Positions 1 through 10,060 of a stretch of 64,000 bases of DNA are shown one piece after another. The first letter of the stretch is position 1; every line of letters starts with the position of its first letter. The notes under the pieces were generated by a model, which worked only from the letters and a program-made list of their open reading frames with translations, ran no database searches and was not told where the DNA came from. The stretch is from Amoebophrya sp. A120 (taxonomy: Eukaryota > Protista > Dinoflagellata). The position numbers and the translations under genes are program-made. The DNA lies in the NCBI GenBank assembly GCA_905178155.1, contig CAJINV010000002.1, positions 8,265,224-8,329,223 on the forward strand, in the 5' to 3' direction.

Positions 1-1
1 C

Positions 2-607
2 TCGCTGGAAGAGGACGCGGCAATGTTTTATTGGATTTCTCGCGAAGAGTGGGAAAAAGAAAAAGACAGCGGAAAGCGCAACGGGAGCGGTTTAATAGAA
101 ACAGGTAACGTTGCAGTTGCTTGTAAAAATGAACGCATCAGGCTGTCGAGGATTACTACTGGCGGGCAACGGCTGCGAGAAGAAGATGAGCGTCGAGCAG
201 CTCCAATACCGAAATATTCTTGTACAAGCACTTCTCGTCCCACGACTACCACCTCCTTCGAGGAACAGACCAAAACCAGTGCGTTCTGGGAAGGAAAACT
301 GAAATCTTTGAGCCCGTACGCTGTGGTTCCCTTGAATGAAGATAGCGATACCGGAAAAAAGACCTGGCCAAGACCACAAACGCTCGAGAAGCTTCGCACA
401 CAAACACTGGCCCTCAAGTTGATGTCCTGCAACAATATTGAAACTCTGGACAACAGCAAGGTCGAATGCTTAACAGCTGGAACCGCTTCTACCACTGTGC
501 TCAATTCTGTGAAAATTTTTTCCCGCGGTGGCTACGGCAGAGGCTTTTTTGATTCGCACGGGGACCGGTGGCTGGATGGCCGGATTGTAGTCCCGGACTT
601 ACAATGA
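2..607 (+). CDS. Hypothetical protein, probably 5'-truncated by the window edge
   Basis: Frame is open from position 2 to TGA at 607, on the same strand as all other genes. No domain recognised. Confidence 0.45.
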   Translation, partial: SLEEDAAMFYWISREEWEKEKDSGKRNGSGLIETGNVAVACKNERIRLSRITTGGQRLREEDERRAAPIPKYSCTSTSRPTTTTSFEEQTKTSAFWEGKLKSLSPYAVVPLNEDSDTGKKTWPRPQTLEKLRTQTLALKLMSCNNIETLDNSKVECLTAGTASTTVLNSVKIFSRGGYGRGFFDSHGDRWLDGRIVVPDLQ

Positions 608-2097
608 CCTTCGGAATTATTATATACAGAGGAAAGGCGGGTAGTAGAAAAAACGCCTTCGGCACAATTTTTGCAGAATAGTGGTTTTTCGTTTCATCTT
701 CCAAGAACGATACGTGAGTGTTTTTGTTTCCGTCATCGGCAGTCGGTGGCTGCAAGGACGATCATGCGTTTTTTATATAGTTCTCGTGATATTTATCATA
801 CATAAAAAAGATGACGACATATTTGGCGAGCCGATGGTGCTTTTGTGTAAAGAAAACGCTGACCTGATGTCGAATGATAGTTGGTACGTCCTCCACTGCG
901 CGCTTGTTTATTCCCCCTCCGCCTTTATCGCACTCTGTGGGGCGCTGTTGCTCCAGTTTGTGGCCAGCTCGTAGATGGAGAAGTGTTAGAAGCACACAGA
1001 TTTACATGTCTACTATCAGCTCCACCATGCCCAGGACCTCGATTTTTAGTTTCAAATCAATACTTTAATATTAACACCCTTGAAGATGTTGATGGACGTC
1101 GAAACTACCTCTAATCAATGCCAATGCCAGGGAAGAACTAAGTGGGTCCGAAACGACCGACATGGTAGTCGAGGTGCGTATGCTCATGCACGCCATCAAA
1201 TTGAACTGCCTATGTATGAAGGACGAAGATCATGAATGTCATGTGATCTCTTATCGTGTTAGTACTTTTGTAGACAGTAGAAATACAAACATAGTTGCAG
1301 AGCTTGCCTGCAGCGGCCCGATCCACGTTTTAGATTTGCGATACATTGATCCGTCAGATATGAAGAAGAAGATCTATTTTCCGTTGCAACGACTTCGCCG
1401 AAGTCTAGACGAAGATCTGATGACCAGCTGCTACCTACTTCCGCACAGAGTAGCAGTCAAGTTGGGTAATTAGATGGTCAGACGTCTCCTGCCCCTAGCT
1501 GGTCCGAATTCTATTCTTGGTTCCCGTAGTCTTGGTTGTTGCATTTATTTGCGGATCTGAATCTTGCCTGCGGAAGCGCAATATTTTTTTGATAACAAAG
1601 TACTTACCATATGAATTGTAGAAATGATATCTTCATTTTGCTCCTTAAGGATAAAGGCCTGCTAAGATGTCGCGGGGTATGATCTAGTTGTCGCACGACT
1701 TGTACTTCTTCCGATACTAGCAAATGATACCTATTCGCGTAGAGCGACCTCGGCCTCCCTGAGACCGATAGGTACGTGCGGACTAATTTCTACTGCTGAC
1801 GGAACTTGATATAAAGGTAAAACCTCCACAATGTGCTCTTTTCAGTGCCGCTTTTCAAGAAAAGAAGAAGCTGCTTTCATCGATCTTTAAGGTTGAAGAT
1901 TACCACATAACATTGAGAACACGACAAACTCTAAATCTGTTTCATCGACGTTTTTTTTATTTTCCAAAGGACTACTAACAAAAGGTAAAGGACCACCACA
2001 TTTTAGCCTTATTCTCGCATGACGATTCTCTCACTCTACTATTTTTTCGCTCAAATAGCGAAAAACTTCTCGTGTCCATCCGTGTGATTTGTACAAG

Positions 2098-3690
2098 ATG
2101 AGGTTACTATCGCTTCTCACCCCGATATTTTGTGATCTTTCCGTCACCCCTTGGAGTTCCTCGGGATTTGGCGTTCACGCCGCGAAGTTTTTCGGAAAAG
2201 TACCTCCTGCTGTAGGAGGTACCAAAGACGATGATCTTCGTACGGAACAGGATGATGTGGAAACCATTTCGACACGGTCATCCTTTTCTCGGGCTGAGTC
2301 GTCACCGTCTGCCGTTGCTGCAAGCGGAGGAGGCCAGTACGCTGCAAGACTTGGAGGCCTACTGGAGCACGCAGACGCACAAATAGAGCACGAGGAGGTC
2401 GACCAACATAGTTTCCATGAACATGAGTGGTTTCTGGGAGACGAGGACGAAGAATTCTGTGCAGATGATGTCCTCGTCCGCCCGCACGCGCGCCGCAATC
2501 GGCAGCGCCAACAAGAACATCAAATCGGAGATGGTATTAATGATGATTTTGACCCCAGAAATAACGGCGCGGAGGTAGATGCCGATGCTGGAGAGGAGGG
2601 GCTAGACAACCACGGAAGATCGTACGACTCTGACGATGAAAGCACGACCGCATCCTATTCAGACGATGAGGACGAAACACCTCCACCTGTCGGGCGAGTG
2701 CAAGAAGAATCCGATACTGAAGAAGAACGTTGGCGAATAGAACAGCAGCTGCAGCTTCTACAACCTGCGGGCTTTGCGTTGAGGATGCCAGAACCTCCGA
2801 TTAGGCTGAGAGAGAGGGAAGAAGCTCTACAACTACCGGGACGAAATCACCTGTCTTTGGATTTTATTGGAGTAGAAGGTGCAGGAGCGGGCAAAGATGT
2901 TTTGACTTCCCACCACCTCCCGTACAAAGACAAAGAAATAACAAAATTTTTATCACCAGTGGTCCCCTGTATCAACATGATCGAAGCTGGTGAAGTGGAA
3001 CCGGCTCCTGTTCGGCTCCTTCACGACGAAGCTTTGAACAAAACGACCTTTGATCTACAACCACCTTCAAGTAGCCTGCTGACGAGGCGGCACGTGCTGT
3101 CACATCAAGCACGAGGAACAAGTCCACTAGAAGTACAGCAAGGCGAGCTAGACGACCAAGACGTTGTGCCATTTGACTACAAGAAGCTGTTTCTCCCCTT
3201 GCGGAGCCCGCACTTGGTGTTGGATGAACAAGCCGAGAAGAAAACGCAAATTGCCGTGGACCAAGGATGCTGGGCTAATCTTCCTGAGGCTCCATTGATG
3301 ACACCTCGGTTGACTCCAGAACAACTCCGAACTCTTCCTGCGAGCTACAAAAACTCCGTGCCCATGAGGCTGGAGCCAGAGACTGAAAACGGAAGACCGG
3401 TTCGAAGCGCTTTGTATCCAGAAGAGCTTTTATCACAGGATGGCGGCCGCGAAAGTGCCAGTAAGTGGGAAGTAGGACCGGCGAGCTTGCGCTTGCCCCG
3501 TGCTCCGAAGAGGACTAGACGCGCAAGTAGCTCCATTTCGAAGTCCCGGTCCCCGTCCCCGCTTAAAACGTACATGGGAGAACCTCTGGCACCGCGGCCG
3601 TCGCCAAAGAAGCGACGACAGACAGCCGTGCGCAGCCTCGTTAAAGGGAACGTCCAGGTTCTTCCCGGATGGAGTTCGACCCTTGGATAA
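2098..3690 (+). CDS. Orphan acidic/Pro-rich protein with signal-peptide-like N-terminus
   Basis: Long uninterrupted ORF (ATG 2098). Hydrophobic N-terminus MRLLSLLTPIFCDL...VHA, low-complexity body. Confidence 0.7.
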   Translation: MRLLSLLTPIFCDLSVTPWSSSGFGVHAAKFFGKVPPAVGGTKDDDLRTEQDDVETISTRSSFSRAESSPSAVAASGGGQYAARLGGLLEHADAQIEHEEVDQHSFHEHEWFLGDEDEEFCADDVLVRPHARRNRQRQQEHQIGDGINDDFDPRNNGAEVDADAGEEGLDNHGRSYDSDDESTTASYSDDEDETPPPVGRVQEESDTEEERWRIEQQLQLLQPAGFALRMPEPPIRLREREEALQLPGRNHLSLDFIGVEGAGAGKDVLTSHHLPYKDKEITKFLSPVVPCINMIEAGEVEPAPVRLLHDEALNKTTFDLQPPSSSLLTRRHVLSHQARGTSPLEVQQGELDDQDVVPFDYKKLFLPLRSPHLVLDEQAEKKTQIAVDQGCWANLPEAPLMTPRLTPEQLRTLPASYKNSVPMRLEPETENGRPVRSALYPEELLSQDGGRESASKWEVGPASLRLPRAPKRTRRASSSISKSRSPSPLKTYMGEPLAPRPSPKKRRQTAVRSLVKGNVQVLPGWSSTLG

Positions 3691-5578
3691 AATTGGCGTT
3701 TTGATTTATAAATATAGATATACTTTAAAAACACATTATTTTTACGCAGCACCTTTCAACTCGAGGTCGAGCGTAACGAATTTTTCGCATTCGTGTACGA
3801 TATATTTATTAGGCTGTTCTTATCCTCTTGTATTCCAAGAAAAAAATGAAGGGAAAGCAGTTCTGTTTGTCATTATGTTGTTCCAATATTCAAGTTCAGC
3901 CATCACATATCATATGATAGTCATACGCATTTTTAGGGTAGCACTAGAGAAACTGAAACTTCAATGGCAAGACCTTTTGAAGAAACAGAACGAAGGGCCA
4001 ATCACCAATGTTGGTGTTGTGCCCTGTTCAACTAGCAAAGCGCGCATCACTCTGTTTTTCATGAAGCCAGATCGTTTTACGGTACGTACAAAAGTTTCGA
4101 GGATGCTTTTTACATCAAGAAACAGAATAGAGCCGACGACAATATTTGACGTGTCGGCTCCACCTATGTAGGATTAGATAGAACTCAGGGCACTGAAAAA
4201 ATCTGCTCGCTACGGATCGATTAACAGAGCATCATGGAAAATATTGATGTACATATTTATCACATAGCAATGAATTACGATTGCCAGCACGAGGAGATTT
4301 TAGGTGAATATTGTGCCACCATTTTATGGTTTTGTCTTCCCACTGGACTACCAGTTGTGGCCACCGCGTCTAATTTATCAAAGTTTGATTTTTTTCCAAA
4401 CAAATACAACACCACCACCAGCACAAGCTTCAAAGATGTTGATACATTGATAGAGGAGAGAAGCAGCAGCTCCAGTAAAAATATATGTAGAGGCAGGCAC
4501 GTTAGTATATGATAGTTTTTGGTCGCGTCTAGTTGTGTATACAGACGGATACAAGTCCGGCACAAAATGTTTTTTAGCAGAGGACGCCCAGATGGATAAA
4601 AGGCCGTTTGAAGCGGAATCTGCAAAAAAAATATCTAGACGTTGTTTTAGCAGATGGATAAGTCCGACCTGCAAAAAAAATTCCATTTTTTCTCATACAT
4701 GCGCATGAGAAAGGAGGCGGAGTTTATTTCTGAAAATAGCCTGAACTACAATTTTTACGAATGGAGGGCACGCTGGCCACCACCGCCGCCACGTAGTGAT
4801 AAATTTACCGCAAGGCGAGACGCTTTTTAGATTTACCCCAGATCATGGATGTTGGTGTGAAGAAAAGATTATCCCTGGCAGTCGCAGTCGTTTGGTTCAA
4901 TTTTTTTTTGATGGTACAATCTTATGAAAATAATTTCTGATTTTTTTACAATTTTACTCAGTGAAAAACAATCGCTCTGCCAGATGCCCTTAGAAGAAGA
5001 GGCTATGGCTCGCTCAAAGAACGCTGATTTTCGACTGCTTTTCTTTCTTCGCTAATGTTCGAGCTCAGAACAAGGATCATCAGAACAAACGCAGCCTGTA
5101 CATGATGATCTGCGAAAGAGCCGGCCGAGACAAGATGCGGGCCATTTGTAGCAAGAGAACAAAAATATCATGTGGAGATCTAGCAACGTCAATGATGAGG
5201 ATCACAAAACAGGATCTATACCTGAATACCGATCCAAAAATCAAAGTTCACACTTCTGATCCGTAGTTTGTCTTCACAGATTATTTACAAAACCGCACAT
5301 GCATTCAATAAATCTTCAACCTGCAAATCATGAATGTTTTCTCCAGGACCGGAGGTGCAGCTTCCCCTCTTAGCTCTATCCCCTGAGCATTTCATCTTTC
5401 GTGTAGCTACCTCGTAGCGAAAGAATTGTGTAACGTGTAGCACAGATATCAAACTTGAACTGTTACATCACTTGCGACTTTATCTTTCTCTATCCCGACT
5501 TCTTATTGCTTCTTCCAAAAACAAATTCCGAGTTTATTTTCCATTTCTAAAGCGAAACCTTTACTAGCATCGAAAATC

Positions 5579-8500
5579 ATGACTCGCGAAAAGGCGTTGG
5601 AACACAAGGCCCTTGGCAACAAGGACTTCACGGCTGGAAACTTTGCGGAGGCTGTCACGCATTTCACGAATGCGATCGCGGAAGACGCGACGGACCACGT
5701 TTTTTACTCAAACCGATCGGCGTGCTACTCCTCCCTCACTCAGTATGACAAAGCGCTTGCCGACGGAACCAAATGCGTAGAGCTGAAGCCGGATTGGGCA
5801 AAAGGGTACCTGCGTTTCTTGATCTACGTTCTTATCTTTCCGGTGCATAATTCATACACTTTTGATGGACGATAAAGGAATTATAGTACTTGCAGTTGTA
5901 CCAGGCCGTTTGTTCTGTATGGAGAGGACACTAGAGTAAGTAGAAACACTTGCACTGGGCGCTTTGGGATGATAAATAGACAATAGCGCTTCGGGATCAC
6001 AGTCTCGTCCTCGTCTTCTCACCACAGGTACACGCGCAAGGGCCTCGCCGAATACTTCTTGAAGAAATACGACGAGGCTGAGGCTACCTATGCCGCCGGC
6101 CTGAAGCTCGCACCAGAAGACAAGGGGCTGCTCGAGGGCTTGGAAAAAGTGAAGAGCGCAAAAGCAAACGCTGCTGGGGGTACATGATTTTTTTGCTCAT
6201 TGGTTTGCGTTGTATCTCAACTTAGGTAGTGGTGGAATTGTGCATCATGACGAAAATCTTGCAGTGCGCGTGCGCACTTGTTTGCATCGCATCATCTTCC
6301 CGGTAAATCAATTCCCAATCTACAATGCGCACATCAGAGGTGGATTTGTTCAACTTTGATTTGCATGTCGAATGCAATAGTCGCTGAACAACACAGCAGG
6401 TGATGGCGGTAACCCGATGGCAGGCTTGGACATGAATGCGTTGATGCAGGCCATGCAGCGCAACCCGAAAATTGGCACGTATCTGCAGGACAAGGAGCTG
6501 ATGTCTAAGTTCAAGATGCTGTTGCAGGCCCAGCAAAACCCGCAATTGCTGCAAGCTATGAGCGGCGAGCTCATGAAAGACCAGCGACTATTGGAACTCT
6601 TCATGGCCATGCAAGGTACGTAAACGTATGTTCTTGATAATTATTTACTCATACATTACGCTAGTACATGATTTTTTTTTTGCATGCGTTTTGTGGACAT
6701 GGGCACCATCTCAAAAGAATTTAGAATGCATTCGCGGCGCTAGAAGGCTTGTAGTAAAGACAAAAACCCGCACAATTGCAAGTGCGATGAAAGCTCGACA
6801 AAAAACCGACAGGTATGGACATGCCGGAGCAGAAAGAACCTTTTGCGCCAGAAGAGCGAAAGCCCGCCGCCGCGGCCGCTGCAGCAGCGAAAAAGCCAAA
6901 GGTGGAGGAGAAAAAGGACGAGAGAACGCCTGAGCAAAAAGAAGCCGATGCGTTCAAAGACGAGGGCAACAAATTGTACTTACCTGCGATATTGATTATT
7001 GCTTTTGGATTTGGAAATTCGTTCATAACGCACGTCGTTCATAACGCAAAGCCACTACTTGCTGCATTTTTCCGCATCGCATAGGTATGTTTATTTCCCT
7101 GTGTAGTTTGCTTCGACGAAGGCGAAGCTGAGGCCTAAAGTCATAGAACTCGTCGTCCCACCTCTTTTCAGGTACAAAGCGAAGCAGTTCGACGAGGCTA
7201 TTGCGCAGTACGACAAGGCTTTGGAAAGTTTGGAGGACCTATGGATTGCAAATATGTCTGGGTCTGGAAGGTTTCAACTCGTCATACTAATTCTGGATCA
7301 TGTAAAAATCTGTGTTGCATGATTACCAAAAGCTGTCCACTTTCGACCAAGTTGGCAGGGATTTTCTCTCGCAGGATAGGCATGGTAGGGATCTCACAGA
7401 ATCTGTCATGCTAGGTGCTGCATTCCAGACGACATGGATCATGGAAAATCTGCATGACAAGTATCGGAATCTCCCAGACCCAGACATTTTTGCAGTTGAT
7501 AGGACCTCACCTATTACAACAACAAGGCTGCGGTGCTTCTCGAGCAGAAAAAGTTCGAGGAGTGCGTATCGAAAGGAAAAATCCCCCCTCCCCATATCAA
7601 GTCGAAATTTCTGATGCTGGATTTGCGTACACAAATCCGATTTGTCTTGCAGTAAGGCATTTCAGCCACATCATCGGCCTAGGTAGGGGCGCTGGGTCTA
7701 GTTGCTTAGCATTGCAAACGGCTGTCCCCTAGGCGCAACAGCATGCCAAGTCGCTTCCTGAATGGCGCGGAAGCCTCTGCACTTGTCTTCTTGCAAGACA
7801 GACGAGATTTGCGACCTCAAATCAGCAATACAAATTTGCAGAAACATTACCTTTTCGATATGGGGAGGGGGAGTTTTTCCTCTCGATAGTGCGAAACGCT
7901 GCTGAAGTCCGTCCTCGAGCGGCGGTACGACATCAACAGCGCCAACCCGGGCACCGCCAGCTTCGAGAAGGTCGGGAAAGTGCTGAACCGACTCGCGGTG
8001 TGCCACGCCAAGCAGAAGAAGTTCGACACGGCGATCGAGTACTACGAGAAGTCGCTCGCGGAGGACAACAACCGAACCACGCGGGCGGCGCTGGCAGACC
8101 TGAAGAAGGACAAGTTGAAGTTTGAGAAGGAAGCGTACGTGGACGTAGACAAGGCGGAGGAGCACAAGGAGAAGGGCAACGCTTTTTTCAAAGAGAACAA
8201 GTTTGTCGACGCAAAGAAAGAGTACGACGAGGCGTGCCGGCGGAACCCGAAGGACGCGAAACTGTTCTGCAACCGGGCGGCGGCCTTGACGAAGCTCATG
8301 GCACACCCGGACGCACTGAAGGACCTGGAGGAAGCGGTGAAACTGGACCCGAACTATGTGAAGGCCTACAGCAGAAAGGGAGCCTGCCACTTCTTCATGA
8401 AAGAGTACTGATATGCTGATTGATTTGCCATACTGCTGTTTTATTTAGGGTCTACCACACATAGCGCACATGCGTGATTTTGTCTTCACGTTGCAAGGTG

Positions 8501-8932
8501 AGGAGCCAGGTGGTTGTGTTTGCACGAGGCCTTGCAGTTAAGTTAAAGTACTAGCTCGTCAAGCGAACACCGTGAAAACCAAAACTATGAAAAAATTATT
8601 GTGACCACAACAGCTACAACAAGGCCCTGGCGGCCTACGAATCCGGTTTGAAACTGGATCCCAACGACGAGGGGTGTAAGAAGGGACGCATTGACGTTAT
8701 GATGAAAATCCAGTCGGCCTCGAGGGGTGGCGACGCCCCGGACCAGCAGCAGGTACAGGAGGCCATGAAGGACCCAGAAATTCAGGCGATTCTGAAGGAC
8801 CCACAAATGAACCTGATTCTCCAGGAAATGCAGGCGAACCCGGCCAGCGCCCAGGAAATGATCAACAAGGACCCAAAAATCGCCAACGCCATCCAGAAAC
8901 TCATGGGCGCAGGGATATTGAGGATGGGCTAA
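5579..8932 (+). CDS. STI1: Hsp70/Hsp90 organizing protein STI1/HOP (TPR1-DP1-TPR2A-TPR2B-DP2), 8 exons, ~571 aa
   Basis: Exons 5579-5805, 6028-6179, 6400-6615, 6813-6975, 7172-7239, 7507-7566, 7894-8404, 8614-8932 (sum 1716 nt). Motifs: YSNRSACY, WAKGYTRKG, YNNKAA, EEHKEKGNAFFK, AMKDPEIQAILKDP...KLMGAGIL. Five GT-AG introns and two TIR introns. Confidence 0.95.
7240..7501 (+). mobile_element. TIR introner, family A (262 bp), DR GGACC
   Basis: TATGGATTGCAAATATGTCTGGGTCTGG ... CCAGACCCAGACATTTTTGCAGTTGATA, with GGACC at 7235-7239 and 7502-7506. Removal gives LEDLTYYNNK. Confidence 0.93.
7567..7888 (+). mobile_element. TIR introner (322 bp), DR GTGCG
   Basis: TATCGAAAGGAAAAATCCCCCCTCCCCATATC ... 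GATATGGGGAGGGGGAGTTTTTCCTCTCGATA. Perfect 5-bp DR. Removal gives FEECETLLK. Confidence 0.92.
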
Positions 8933-10060
8933 AAACGGATCACATGCAAATGATAGATCACCTGCTGCAAGTTTGTGCCTGAGCAGCAGGAGGAGACGAT
9001 GCCATGGGGCGGCGCAGGAACATCATCAAATCTAACGACACGAGGAGTCCTCGAGCTGGGGTCGACGCGGCCTGGTGCATACGACCGCGGCGATATGAAT
9101 GCCGGGGGACGCAGTTCCAGTCTTTTTGACTAGTCTCGCCCCAAGGAGTAGCACTGCAGGCACAGGCAGAGATGTTGAAATGATGTCAATTTAAGTACTC
9201 ATATGAAGCATCATCGATCATGTAAGTGCAACTGAACACAAAAAAATCGTAATGTACCCGGCGTGTCCGTGTCCCGCCCACGCCTAGAGACCTTTGATAA
9301 AGTTTGATACCGCGACAAAGTTGAACGAATAGGAGTAGAGACGACTCTCGAGCTGTTGTATCTCGAGGAAACGGGAAGCAATGGGATTCTCTGCTTCGGA
9401 CGAAATAGATTTTATTGAGGTGGTGTTCTTACGATGATTCCATGCGACATTGTTTTGGATTTGGTATGGTACCAGGGGTTGATACATGCGGCATATCGTT
9501 CTTCTGGTTTAACATTCTCCCCTGTTTACAAATCGATCTGAGTAGACTTGGGCAAAAACTCTGTAATCTCTGGTGGGCAGTTACTGGGTATTTTTCGAGG
9601 TAGTTCTCCTTGGCCGCGAGACGACGAAGTATGAGTTGTATTAAAGTCACGTGTCAATATCATTGAGATTGTGTTGAACAAGGATCGGTACGGTACGGTC
9701 TTGACGTCTCGATTATTTTGTCCTGGTCTGGAGCTCTTGGTCTTGCCATACATGTCATCAATCTGTCACGAAAAGTCATCAACGTTGTGACTAGATAAGG
9801 AAACCTAAACCCTCGTGCCAGCAGTCTCTCTCCTCTCTCTACTTCGCCCCGATATCTGTAAGTCCACTCCTCCCCCCTTGTGCCTGTAGTACCTTTCTTC
9901 CCCAGGCTCCTCTGTAGTTGTTTATTTCCAGCAATCGCTAAGCTTAACTTACCTTTGGTCTTAGCGTAAAAGTAAAGCAGTATTTTTATCTCGATTTTCA
10001 TATTTCAAAAAAATATCATGCCATCAAGAAAAACATAAAACCAACACGAACATCAAAACC

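Noticed and set aside
4545-4690. Imperfect duplication (TTTTAGCAGA..GGATAA..CTGCAAAAAAAA twice)
   Set aside because: Short and degenerate, with no supporting structure or other copies seen.
5807-6030. TACCTG...CAGGTA as TIRs of STI1 intron 1
   Set aside because: Element + 5 removal breaks the frame, while GT-AG splicing gives the conserved KGYTRKG.
7312-7634. Recurrent short ORFs with PDPDIFA / KMSGSGR peptides (also ~12438, 45241, 47119, 63133)
   Set aside because: They are translations of the family A TIR, not proteins.
9284-10001. Minus-strand ORFs between genes (also 39919-40621 and 41593-41928)
   Set aside because: Short, no recognisable domain, and opposite to the uniform gene orientation.
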